A stretch of 64,000 nt of DNA from Carcharhinus amblyrhynchos (GCA_965287045.1 OZ336885.1:61628001-61692000), one strand, 5' to 3'. Numbered from the stretch's first letter, positions 37,941 to 50,220 are shown. Made by a program: numbers and translations. The notes: generated by a model not told the origin, from the sequence alone.

Positions 37941-38159
37941 AACAGGAGTTTTATTCAATGCTTTAAGATGTCTGCTCCCATTCTTTTAGTAACTTATCCC
38001 AGTGAAGTTTCTTTTTTGAAGCGATTACACACAGGCTTAACTAACCGCGCACAGAAAATGGATACCAGACACAAACAGTGTACGATTAAACATTACAATT
38101 ATCATGTTGCTGTTTGGGGGATCTTGCTGTGTGCTTATTCACTGTTGAGTTGCGTTGAA

Positions 38160-38652
38160 TCATAAGAATCCCGACAAGGCAGAAGGTGGCTATTTGGCCC
38201 ATCAAGTCTGCACCGACCACAATCGCACCTGTGCCCTAGCCCCATAACCCCATGCATTTACCCTAGCTAGTCCCCCTGATATTAAGGGGCAGTTTAGCAT
38301 AGTCAGACTACCTAACCCAAACATCACAGAAATCCCACAGTACAGAAAGACGCCCTTCGGCCCATCAAGTCCGCATCGACCACAATCCCACCCAGGCCCC
38401 ACCCCCATATCCCTACATATTTTACCCACTAATCACTCTAACCTAGGCATCTCAGGACACTAAGGGGCAATTTTAGCATGGCCAATCAACCTAACCCGCA
38501 CATCTTTGGACTGTGGGAGGAAACCGGAGCATCCGGAGGAAACCCATGCAGGCATGGGGAGAATGTGCAAACTCTGCACAGACAGTGACTCAAGCTGGGA
38601 ATCGAACCCAGGTCCCTGGAGCTGTGAGGCAGCAGTGCTAACCACCGTGCCA
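38160..38652 (-). mobile_element. HE1-type tRNA-derived SINE (near full copy ~38326-38652 plus a second 3' half ~38160-38325)
   Basis: Minus strand gtggcacggtggttagcactgctgcctcacag (A box), gggttcgattccc (B box), core ggtttcctcccacagtccaaagatgtgc, and a LINE-like tail. Confidence 0.9.
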
Positions 38653-39019
38653 CGTGCCACCTTGCATCGTAATTTCCTGCAGTGACTGCAGTTCCAAAGT
38701 ACTTCCCTTTTGTTCCATTCTTTATTTTCTTTCCTCTCCTCCCCGACATCCAATTCTTCCTCAATGCAATTTGCAAACCACATTAGTAATTTCAAGTCAA
38801 CAGCACCTTTTACAAGTTTTGTGCTCAGTACCTCTCAATAAATGCTCACAATTTCACGTGCACTTGGGTGACTGTCACTGGTGCTTGGAATGGTCAGTAG
38901 ATCAGATACAAGAGGGAGGGGGAACCAACACTGGCCAAGTCTATCAATGTCACTTGGTCACTCAGTTCCGAGCTCTGCATTATTTATCAGCCCTCAGATC
39001 TCCCTCAAGATATTGATAA

Positions 39020-39400
39020 AAGAAAAAAGAAGGCTTGCATTGATATAGCACCTTTCACAATTCCCAGGACATCCCAAAGCACTTTGCAGCCAATGAAGAA
39101 TAGTGTGCGGTGTAATGAAGGAAATAAGACAGTCATTTTTGCACAGCAAGCTCCCACTAACAGCAATGTGATAATGATCAGTTAGTCTAGATTTTGTGAT
39201 GTTGATTGAGGGATAAATATTGACTAGCAAGCTGGAGCCTACTTCCCAGCTCTTCTTTGAAATACTGACCTTTTACATCTCCTGAGGTTTGACATCTCAG
39301 CTGAAAGACGGCACCTGTGACAATGCAGCACTCCCAGACTGGACAGCAAATGCATTGGTGACAACAAAATTGCAGCAACAATCATATAATGCATGTCTGA
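39020..39400 (-). mobile_element. Deu-domain SINE (SacSINE1-like)
   Basis: Minus strand caatatttatccctcaatcaacatcac...tatcacattgctgttagtgggagcttgctgtgc...gctttgggatgtcc...gtgaaaggtgctatatcaatgcaag. Confidence 0.8.
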
Positions 39401-40193
39401 TCCCAGAATTGAGGTAGAACGTCATCCATGGCTGTACTGAATGGTAGAGCAGGTTCGAATGGCCTACTGCTTGACCTAAGCTAACTCTCCAGCCGGGTCA
39501 CCCATAACACCAGGGAGTCGGTTTGTTCTATACCCACACCATCTTCTTCTCACTTTTCCTTAATGGAGATTAACATCGAGCTGCCTGTAAAACCAGCCTC
39601 GTACCCAATCCAAGGCTTCTACCTATTTATCTATCCTTTTAGGGCAAGGATAGAGACATTTTTGAACAGTAAAGGAATTAAGGGTTATGGTGAGCGGGCG
39701 GCTGGAGCTGAGTCATGGCCAATGACTTTGATGGTTCTGGAATATCAATGGCGGCCATTGGCGAACCATCTCTGCCACTGGAACACGTGCTGCAGGGGGA
39801 GTGGGAAGTCCCGGCCAGAGTCTTTCTCCTGAACTGTTAAAAATGTTCTGTATAGTTCTACTTTTAATTGTAACAGCTCGATAAGCAGATAAGATGAGCC
39901 ATGATCTTATTGAATGGCGGAGCAGGTCCGAGAGGCCAGATGGTCAACTCCAGCTCTTTATTGTTCTTCTGATGCCCGGAGAATTAGATTAATATTAACC
40001 CCATTGTCTCTCTACAATGTCCTGCACACGCAGTATTAAAATCCATTTCATTAAAGATGGATAGATTGTTAATTCAGTCATGAGCTAATCCAGAAAAACA
40101 TGCCTTTTAACAACAATTCTGTAAAGGAATAAGGGTGTAAAACAAAAAGGTTTCTGGTAAGGTTCATACAAGTACAGTATGTATAAGACAGAC

Positions 40194-40301
40194 CTTTATT
40201 GACTCCATTTAGCCATTCTTGGGCAGTCATTGCTGGCTGTGCTCCTGCTGTCATTGGATAGATATCATCCTGGTATGATTCAGACCGTCGAGGCACAATC
40301 A
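40194..40301 (-). pseudogene. CORO2A: Retroposed coronin-2A fragment: 17 nt of one exon fused to the next 91-nt exon, then a GT donor
   Basis: IVPRR|SESYQDDIYPMTAGAQPAMTAQEWLNGVNK matches class-2 coronins and is closest to CORO2A (SESYQ..TAGAQP..TAQEWL). There is no AG acceptor before SES; the donor AAAG|gtctgt lies at 40193. Confidence 0.85.
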
Positions 40302-40560
40302 ATGTAGTGTCACAGTCATAGCGAGAGTGTGGAAGGAGATCAACTTACTGCAAGATAGGTCCATTCAAAAGTTTGACGGCAGCAGGGAAGAAGCTGCTCC
40401 TGATTCGGTTGGGACATAATCTCAGACTTTTGTATTCATTTTTTTTCCAACGGAATAAGGTAGACGACAAAATGACCGGTGTGCGTGGAGTTCTAAATTA
40501 TATTGCCTGTTTTGCGGAGTCAGTGGGAAGTGTCTACAGCGTAACTGGATTCTGTTCATA
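40301..40560 (-). mobile_element. L2/Rex-like LINE 3' region; other half at ~37370-37462
   Basis: aatgtagtgtcacagtcatagc...ggtccattcaaaagtttgacggcagcagggaagaagctg; continuity is supported by the paralog at 20440-20600. Confidence 0.7.
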
Positions 40561-41108
40561 GATAAACTGCATCAATACTTCATTATCCGTTCTAAGAGAC
40601 AAAATACAGCTCATAAAATGCCAAACTAGGTCCAATATTCTGGTTTCCTGAGGCGCTTCAAATTAATTTAGATCAAAATAGACTGGTTTTTTTTACTTAT
40701 TATCCATGTATAGGTCACAATATTGATAGAATATTCAGAAAGAAATGTTGGCAATATTGGATGAGGCCTTTGGAAATGTTTCGCCAAATTCAGAACACAT
40801 GTTTCCGTGTCATTCATCCAAAATGCTCTGCCGCAAAATACTTTGCAGGCAAACACAAAAAAAAACAAATCTAATGTCATCGGAATACAAGCAAATCATA
40901 AACTTCGGGTCAGGCCTGATTAAGGTCAAAACCCTGTATCAGTCAGATGTACTTGTAAAATAATTTAAATCAGGACGAAAATGAATATCTTTGTTCAGTT
41001 ATCTTACTTGCCGTCAGTGATTGGAAACATGAACAGGGGGTGGGGGACGTAAAGTAAACAAAAAAAAAACACTTGCCATGGTGAAATAACAATTTAATGC
41101 TAACGCAC

Positions 41109-41135
41109 CGTCCTCCTTTGACTTCATTTTTACTT
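41109..41135 (-). CDS. 27-nt phase-1 micro-exon, (K)VKMKSKED
   Basis: taaatcctgacag|AAGTAAAAATGAAGTCAAAGGAGGACG|gtgcgt; similar to the 48355 and 14066 exons. Confidence 0.75.
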
Positions 41136-41225
41136 CTGTCAGGATTTATTAACAACAATTTGAATCGGAATTAATCATTTTACTATTGCAAGAACGTTTT
41201 TCAGCTCCTTTAACTTGTCACGCAC

Positions 41226-41490
41226 GGCGCGGGGACAGTGGCCATATGCGCAGTCACTTTGGTTGGCACAGCTGCATCAGAGCGTCATGAATCCTGGTTT
41301 GATTCCACATTTGGGTCACTGCATTTGCAGAGACTGTTCATTCCCCTGAGACTGCGGGGACATTCCCCGGGTGTTCCGTTTTCCTCCCGTAGTCCAAGAG
41401 ACATGCAGATTGGGTGCGTTGGCAATGCGACTTTCTCCCCCAGGGTACCCCAACAGGCGGCGGAATGTATGGACTAGGGAACTTAACCTT
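41226..41490 (+). mobile_element. Degenerate HE1-type SINE
   Basis: ggttggcacagctgc...ggtttgattcc...ttttcctcccgtagtccaagagacatgc. Confidence 0.7.
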
Positions 41491-41811
41491 GGAGCATTTT
41501 CAGAACTTCATACGATACATTCCTTTCAAAATGCTAGAATGAGTCAATTCATTTTATCAACTCAGGTTTTGAGCATCGACTACATGACTATAAATAAGCT
41601 CAGGATCGTATGACCGCTGTCACACTTTGCAGCAAATAGTACTTCCACTCTCTGGAAATACGCGTGTTTACTGACAACAGTTAGCATTGTCAGCAACATT
41701 CACACCCGATGAATATGCGAATAATATTTGCTATGAAAAGTCAACCGAAACTGTGCAGACAACGTCGGCGGCCAGATTTTCTATTTGAGCGGCGTGTTCG
41801 CAATGCGTTAC

Positions 41812-41847
41812 TGCATAGGGACATCGAGTTTGAGTTTGCGTTAAGTT
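41812..41847 (-). CDS. 36-nt phase-1 micro-exon, (E)LNANSNSMSLC
   Basis: tttatccaagcacag|AACTTAACGCAAACTCAAACTCGATGTCCCTATGCA|gtaacg. Confidence 0.55.
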
Positions 41848-42875
41848 CTGTGCTTGGATAAACGTGGTTTAGAACTTTCATTTGATATGAACGCCGTTCA
41901 AACCGAGATGATTCAAAAATTTTTGCCCGCCTTCAGTTCTACACTACCTGTAATATAACATATAGTTTTGCTCCTTTGAACAGAGTACACAATCACATCT
42001 TCCTTTGCTCCGCAGCTCGGAGAAAAATACAGCTGCCAGATGTTACTTATCGTGCATTTCAACATCGCTTTGCCCTCACTGCAGTGTAATCGCAACATGA
42101 CGTCTGTTAATATCATTAATGATAGTCCTTAGGTAGCTTTCGAAAGGAAAAAATGAATTATCCACCGAAAACACATTTTTTAAAAATGGGCAAGTAATCG
42201 ATTATCACATTTATGGTTCTTCCTATGATTGCCTGGCGAGGTGAGGAGGGGTTGGGGGTGATGGGGGGCGGGGGGGTGGGGTCGCATTATCTAAAGCTAC
42301 AGGGCCGATCATTTCCTGTATCTTGATGAGATTTTTAAAAAAAATCTTTCCGACCGATTCATTTCTCTGAAAAGATTACAGAAATATTTTTTGCATCAAG
42401 TCTATTTTTAAGAAGGAGCTTGGAGGCAACCTGCTCTCGGTTTGATTGATTTTTGCTGTTTTTAAGAACGTTTCGTTCGGTTCTTTATCCAATGCGTAAC
42501 CTTGAGTTTTGTCACTGGCCGTGATGGCGAGTTCGTTCATCGCCGGGTTATTAGTGACCTCGCCTATTCTTAAGCGCAAGAACGTTAATATTTGTTGTGT
42601 ACGTCTGGAGCTCAGTAAACGGATCCCGCCATTATTATATGCCAAAACAAGCAATTTGTTTATCATATGGGACGCCCACAAATATCAAATTGCCACGACG
42701 TTTGAGAAAACTTCCATGATTTAATAGCACAGACCTATCAACAGAACGGATCGTTGAGAAGCGTTGTCATTTTTGTTTCGCTTCATTCTCCTTCTGACTT
42801 ACAGTGTGAATTTTATTCCTTAAACACATTTGCTAAGAAACATTCCCGAACGAGCGCTATGAGTGTTGTGAGAAC

Positions 42876-42911
42876 CTGAGTCATCTTCGGTTTTCTTTAT
42901 TTTTTCCAGCT
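42876..42911 (-). CDS. 36-nt phase-1 micro-exon, (E)LEKIKKTEDDS
   Basis: ttttatttgtttcag|AGCTGGAAAAAATAAAGAAAACCGAAGATGACTCAG|gttctc. Confidence 0.8.
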
Positions 42912-44232
42912 CTGAAACAAATAAAACCAGTCTATTGTAGATACCAAAAAACAAAGATAAAATATACATAGCAAGCATGGATTTTCCTGAAAAGGACCTA
43001 AGGATTGCTAAAGGCACAAATTTGGTATGATGCACGTTCCCTGATGTCTGCGGGGATATTTAACGGCTGACTCCTTGACCTCGCTGGCAATCACAGCCGT
43101 ATTGCCAGTTTGGATGTTCATAATTTCGGTGAAAATGGTAAATCCTTGTCTTACTCTATTTGCTGATCTCAACGAGATGGGGAAGTTTGACCAATATCGC
43201 CAGCGGCTGCAAGGCCATCGTATAGCTGAGGTGCAACGAGCAATGCAGAAAAAAAACATTTACAACACTGGCTGCATTAACGAAGTTCAATGAAAAGGGA
43301 ATAGCCAGGTTCCCAGATAAATCGATGCTGTTGTGCAGAAACGAAATGGAGTTGCAACCGGCAGCGGTAGGCCTGGGGGACTGAAAATGATGGATGATTT
43401 GGGTGGTGAGCGGGTGGGGGGGGGGGGGGGGGGCGGTGCTGGGCCGGGGTGGGTGTTGGGGGAAGGCGTCATTACCAAAACTCAGTCCAGGTTTTTAAAA
43501 TGTCGGAACAACGGTACAACATTTCTATTTTCCATGGAAAGCTTTCAGATTATCCGTGAGTTCAACGTGGGAACAGCAAACAAAATGTAATTTAGATCAC
43601 TTCGTGGTTCGCTTCTCAGCTCAGCAGATTTGTTGAGGCGAAGTTAGCCATTGTGGACAATTGCAGATAAAAATCTGGCCTGGGAACTTCCTCGAATCCT
43701 TTGCCACCACACCTATGGCATACCCACACTTTGGACGCTGGGGAGCTACGACGTTCGGGCCCGTCATTACCTGTTCCCAGCTCAGAGCAATTATTCCGGT
43801 AGACTTACGCCTGGCATTCAGTGTTATACGATTGATTATTTATTCTTGTAGGACGCTAATTAAGCGTTGCCTTTCATGAGAAGAAACAAATGCACCTAGC
43901 TGACGTGAAATAAATGCAAACAAGTAAGGATGCTTACATCTTAATTTCCAGCATATGTTAAACTTTTTATCATTTAAGGAAAACAAAGCTCCACTCTGTC
44001 AATACTCGTTACCTGTATTTTGTTTTCCAAAATGCAACATCAAATCCTCATGACATTATACCCGTTCACTCGGATATTCTTTTTGATTACGTCACGATTT
44101 GTCGCTCAGTGTTAATGCATAATTCTTAAATTTGTTCGTTTGTTCTTTGGCACGACTGGTTTAATGACTTCTATTTTCACTGCAACGTTGACTCGAATTC
44201 TTTCCAATAATTCAATTCCAATGCTATGTTAC

Positions 44233-44259
44233 CTTCCTGATTTGCCTTCAGCTCTTCCT
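44233..44259 (-). CDS. 27-nt phase-1 micro-exon, (K)EELKANQE
   Basis: cctccatttcag|AGGAAGAGCTGAAGGCAAATCAGGAAG|gtaaca. Confidence 0.85.
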
Positions 44260-44659
44260 CTGAAATGGAGGCGTCAGATGAATTTGAGATTCAATAGTTA
44301 ACGTCAATGCTATCAATGCGATTTTCCAAAGCGTATCACATTGCAGATCATTTCGGGGCTCATTGCGTTATCCGTCTAATCTGATGTTTTTTGACACATG
44401 ACCGAGATGTCAAGAGGTCCAGAGGTATGGTTCTTGTCATTATACTTGGGCAAACATAATAAATATTTAGTGCAAAGCAAATTTTCTGCTTTGTATTTAT
44501 CGTAATATTTGGACCCGTGGAAATGAACAGAATTAAAAATGCTCGGTAGTTTGAAAGTAACGGAAATGGGAAATAATTTGTGATCTATTCCTTTTGCAAG
44601 AGAAATATTTTGCGATTAAATCGTGCGCAAATTTTCAGAGTAAACGTATATTTTCTCAC

Positions 44660-44695
44660 TTAAATCTTTAATGTCCTCTTTGCAGGCCATGAGCT
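44660..44695 (-). CDS. 36-nt phase-1 micro-exon, (E)LMACKEDIKDL
   Basis: cattcttattccag|AGCTCATGGCCTGCAAAGAGGACATTAAAGATTTAA|gtgaga. Confidence 0.85.
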   Translation of the reverse strand, partial: SSWPAKRTLKI

Positions 44696-46742
44696 CTGGA
44701 ATAAGAATGTCAACTGATAAGTCCATTCGTTCAAAATGAAGACGAACCTCCGTTTAACGGTAACTACGAAAAGAAATAGAAAGGGAAAACTTTTATTCCT
44801 TCGATTTTGCTACCCACCACTAAGAACTGCACGCAGATGTCGTGCCGAAGAGATACAGAGTAGATCACGGTGTTTGTCTCTATTTTTTTTATATAGATCT
44901 CAATGCATATCAAAACATAAACGTATCTACAGTTATGCCGAATGTAACCGATAGAATAATTTCGGCTTCGTATCGCTAAATAGTTTAATACATGATCCAA
45001 ATTTTCTGTTGGCTGAAATCTGGAATGTCATTTCTCACGATATGGAGGAGCGGGATGAACTCGGATATTTCCCCACGCACCAAAACAAAATGATCGACAG
45101 TGTAGACTTTAAATGATGAAGAGTTGATTTAAGACACACAAAAAATAGGTTTTGTCCTCGTATTAGAAATTACTAATATTGTTGTTAATATGTATAAGTT
45201 TTAATTGTAAAACGGACAACGGATCAGAGGGATGTATATGTCGGTACTTGATTGGATGGTCTGTTCCCTTAATCCAGACTAGTGCGAATGAATGCATCAT
45301 AATCACAAATTCGTTACTACTTTTGGTAATTGAGGTAATTAATTAAGACTGAGTTGCAAGCCACGACATATTACACGAAATTACGAGAAACTTCTGCTTC
45401 AATCCTCGGGAAAATTGATCCTCCATTCTACTGGAATTATGACAGGACGCGCCAGGAACTACGAATCACATATTCAGTACTGCTGTCGATTATCAGTCTA
45501 ACATAAAATTCGATGGCAATTCAGTACAGCCTTAAACCAAGCAATCTCAAATAATGCACAGACTACCACCATCCGAAAGAGAACTGTCAGCATCTCATTC
45601 ACTTCTTCGACTCTCATTCACACATGCTGACAAAGCTCATTCTTCCTCCTCAGCTGAAATGCACAACAATCTTTGGTTTAATTGTGTTTCCCGTTAAAAA
45701 TATCGCTCCCCTTTCACATTCATTTTTTTCACATCTCACAAAAGAAATCAGAGTACAAGGTAAGCATTGCACAATAAGAAGTACTAAACAGAAGACTGCG
45801 AATGTTGGCTTTGATCCGTTCCACAGTGAAGCATGTCATGCTGATGTGCGGCCTAAAATATTTCAGAACTACGTTTCGAACTCCTTAGTATCAACACAAA
45901 TATTCCTTGCAAACATATACGCAACTCTTCAAATATCATGAAGCTCGTCACTCGGAAGTATGGTCAATGGTCAGCGTTCGAAACTTATAATATCATGTAA
46001 ATTACCCTGAGTGCCCCCGTGACTGCCAATGGGAATGTAAATTGTCAGAATCAAGACCTTGATGGTACAGAAACGGTTAATGTTTGGGTGTATCAGAGTA
46101 GCAGCGCCCTTACACACAAATTGAAGGAATACAGGAGAAGGTAGCGTTGTCAACGGAGGGGCTGGCCCTTGCGGCTACTGAGTTCGTATGCTGATCGGAC
46201 GTTAAAACGGAGAAGGGGCGGACGTTTATGGCTGGCCTAACAATGGATTCGCCCCACTTATGATTTGAACCAGATTATATTCAGTTTTCAGTCATGCACC
46301 GCACCTCAAGCCGTTCATAATAAAATTCAGGATCAGCCTGAGAGACAACTAAATGATCAACAATTGATAATATTAGTAAGAAATTACTGACATTGTTCAG
46401 ATAAAATTAGCAATTTTAATTGAATAATTTCCCAAGCGTTAATAGGATATAAAATTTACATGAATGGTTGTCACATTATTGTAATGACAACCAGCATCAT
46501 ATTGCGACTACCTGCACACTGACCGTTGCACATTCATCCCATGACTTTTTTTTTACAGACGAATTCCAGGAAGCAGACTGTTCAGGAGTCAACGCTTCCG
46601 AGATGATTTCCATCAACAAGAAGAAAAAATAAATTTCCGCAACCATTTTTCTCCTCTGCTGCAGAACAGCAGACAAGTAAGACAAGATTTGAATTGGCGG
46701 GTGCGGGCAAATGCATGCGTTGCTCGGATGTCATTCATATGC

Positions 46743-46744
<2 letters not shown>

Positions 46745-46819
<75 letters not shown>
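46745..46819. repeat. (TG)n microsatellite, ~37 units
   Basis: Perfect TG run with an imperfect extension to ~46860. Confidence 0.99.
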
Positions 46820-46820
<1 letters not shown>

Positions 46821-48354
46821 TATATGTGCGCGTTCATATGTGTTTGTGTGTGTGTGCGCGGGGTGGCGGAATGGTGTTGGAAAACTGATGTCCAATGGGA
46901 GTGTTGAATTCGGATTAGTCACACCTGTAGGATGTACTCCATCAACAAAACAACTGAGTTTCTGCCGCCCATTTTTGTTTCGTTGTTCGGAAACCAGGTA
47001 GGCAAAAACATACTTGCATTGCCAGTCCAGGGTCGCTGTTTGCGGCCGCTTAGAACGTAAGTTATTTTGTTGAACGAGGAGCTAGGTTCCCGGAAGAACT
47101 GTTGGGGGCGACCAGGTGTGAACCGAGCGGGCATTAAATTCCGATAACATTAAATTTGTATTTTGATATCCATGCATAAAAAAGGTATCTTTCTTGTGAC
47201 TCGGAATGTCCGGTCAAATATCCACAACAACCATGAAGCAACTGAAAGCGAAAAGCAACAACATTTTAATGACATTGCGTCTAAATTATTCGGCAAAGAC
47301 GTGGCCGATAAATTGTGCCATAAAAGGAATTATAAATGCCGAAGCAGAACGCTTGATGGAAGCAATTCCAAAGATCAGATGCAACATGCTGAATCTGAAG
47401 CGGAAACTTTTTTTAGGGATTGCAAGCGCTCATAGGCTACTGTTCACATGAGCTGTCGGGCAAATCGGGCAGCTTCTGAGCAGAGAGAATGAAACCAAGG
47501 ACTCTGGTCTGGATTTCCTGTGATCAGAACTGTCGAACTGTCATTCAGGCTCTCTCCACAGATGCTGAGATTTTTCAGTGCTTTCTGCTTTTCTTTCAGA
47601 TTCCATCATCCGAATATTTTGTATGAATGCATTGTTTAGTCGGTTCCAAGTTGTTGAAAAAAGAGTCCGCAATTTGGAGGGTTTGAGAACCTACTGGGTT
47701 TTACGAAAAATATCGTTTTTGTTCGTTATTTTGTGGGATTCTAACAATACAAAAACGTTGTACTTCATCATGTTTTCAAGGAAGTAGATACCTCTCAGAG
47801 AGTATAGGTTTGATCCAATAGCGTCTATACATTTATATACATTCATGGAATTCAAATAACAAAATGGCAGATTAGTGGTTATGCGTTATGCAACGTAAAT
47901 TATTAATGTCGAAATTCGAATCCGAAGATTACCCCTTCTGCTATGTGTCGAGGTCCTTGGATTCTTCGTTCCCAGTTCGGAGTGAAAATCATTGGGGTAA
48001 CCACTCAAGACGACCTCAGACAACATGTCTGTATCTTCATAACGGAGGAAATAATCCTCATAACGGAGAAAACGGCATCCATGTATGTCAGGTTAAATTC
48101 AATACAAATCCGGCAGATGCCAGCTCAGGCCGATCTGAATATAAGATAAACGAATCTGTCAGTCAGATCCAGAACAGTTTCCTGCATATCCTACCATTCT
48201 TATAGTCCTATCGTGTCTGCTGATGAGAGCGATTTGAGGCGTGTGTGTCTTTCTCATGGACAGGGTTGGGGTAGGTTCTGCAGGCCTGAAATGGGAATGA
48301 ATGGCATCATGCCTTCAATTATCTTCGTGGAATGCTAGTATAACCATCACTTAC

Positions 48355-48381
48355 CATTTTCTTTCGACTTTATTTTTTCCT
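48355..48381 (-). CDS. 27-nt phase-1 micro-exon, (E)EKIKSKEN
   Basis: cacatatcttatcag|AGGAAAAAATAAAGTCGAAAGAAAATG|gtaagt. Confidence 0.85.
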
Positions 48382-49489
48382 CTGATAAGATATGTGAAAA
48401 ACGGTTAGAATGGAAAAGTAAAAAATGTACAACTGGAAAATATTTCGCTGATTAATTCTGGTTTTGTACACTGTACTTACAGGCTGACGTCAAACGGAAG
48501 TTTCAACAGATGCAGATTTCAGAAATGTTAGGGATCGTAATGATCGTAGACAGCCGTCATCAATGTAATGTAGTATAACCACATCAAATTGGAGAAAGAC
48601 TTTACGAATTGCATTAAGCAAAATAAATCCCGCGTGTTTCGTGATTATACTTGAATGTCGAACAAAGAATTGAAAGACCATAAAAATATTAGCCATCTGA
48701 GATTTTCATGCGCTACTTCGACTTTGTTTTGTTTTGTCTTATGCTGGAACGGAACGAAATCACAATAAGCTAAGATTAGTCAAAAGTACTGGAGGGACAT
48801 TGCCAAAACAATAACAAAAATCATGGAAAAAAAACGGAAACTCACTAAAATAAAATGCAAGAAGAATAAGATCGAAGATGGGAAAGTGCACCAGGGCGCA
48901 CAACCTAACGGTAGCATTTTAGGACTGAAATGGGAGTTTTCTTTTCATGCGCCTGAAATACATGTAGTTATAAGTTATGTTCCATGATTGGGTGATACAT
49001 TTCGTGGTTTGCTCATCATACGTCACAGCATTGCAACACATTGCGGAACATTCACAGGTAAACAATCTCAGTAATTCTGGTGTTATTTTTTTTCAAATAT
49101 CCACCGATTATCACACCAAATTAATGCATTTCAATAAATGTATGCATTTTAAATAAGCTGAATCTTTGGCAAATGTGTGATGGCAGACAAAATATGTGCA
49201 TTCACCTTTTCTATGTGGATGTGATTCAACGTACACATTGATAAACAAGACCTTAGAAGCTTCGCTTGAATTCAAATCTGCTCAGCCAGAAAATGTGATG
49301 GTTGAGTTGGCCAAATGGTTATCCAAATGGTTGCTGGATTTCCGATAGCAATGAGGATCATCTGTGAATGCTTGGGCGGAGAGATTGCAGGTGGAGTTTA
49401 ACCCTAAAAAAAAAGTGTGGTAGTGCGATTTGTGAGGTCTAACACAGTTATGAAATATATAAAAAATAACAGAACCATTAAAAAAAAAC

Positions 49490-50220
49490 ATTGCCAGAGG
49501 GATCTGGGTGTACGGGTACGCAGGTCAGTGGATAAGGGATCGCAGATATAGAAGACGGTCAGGAAGGCACACACGCCTTCATCGACTGGGGCATTGAGTT
49601 GAAAATGTGGCAAGACATTGGCAGCTTTGTGGAATATCTGTTATGCCGCAAATGGAATGTAATGTTCAATTGTTGTCGCCACACTATATGAAGGATTTGA
49701 AGACGTTGTAGAGGTTACAAAAAATATTTACCAAGTTGTTGCCTTGTATAGAAGGCATTAGCTATGAGGAGAGCTTAGAGAAATTTGATTTGTTCTCACA
49801 GGGACCACGGAAGTTGAGAGGCGACCTGATAAAAAGTCTACATGGTTATGAGTGGCATGAACAGAGTGGATAGTCAGACGGGTTTCCTTTTTTCTAGCCA
49901 GGGTGGAAGAACAATTTACCAGAGGGCGTAAGTTTAAGCTGCGATGGGCAAAGTTCAAAGGTCGATGTACGATGCAAGTTTTATTTTTTACACAGAGAGT
50001 GGTAGATGCCTGGAAATCCCTGCCGGGTGAAGTAGTGAAAACACATACAATAATGAATATTAAGGGGCGCATTGCCCAATACGTGAATAAGAATTACATG
50101 TAGGAATATGGTTCACAGATTGGTGAGTGGCCTTTGATCAGTCCCGCACCATTTTTGGTGGAGGCTTGGAGGGCCGAAGAGCCTGTTCCTGTGCTAAAAT
50201 TTTATTTGTTCTTTGTTCTA
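49490..50220 (+). mobile_element. Old CR1 LINE 3' part
   Basis: cagagggatctgggtgta start; ORF 49903-50103 TRGRKFK...FFTQRVVDAWKSLP; tail gggccgaagagcctgttcctgtgct. Confidence 0.85.

Noticed and set aside
40078-40302. Functional coronin gene in this window
   Set aside because: Only one exon plus 17 nt is present, there is no acceptor, no other coronin exons were found, and the block interrupts a repeat.
37454-40329. GAGAGTG at 37454-37460 and 40323-40329 as a TSD of the CORO2A insert
   Set aside because: The paralog at 20440-20600 shows that 40301-40329 is simply the continuation of the host LINE, so the match is internal to that element.
46689-47001. CV-repeat and HT-repeat ORFs
   Set aside because: Translations of the TG microsatellite.
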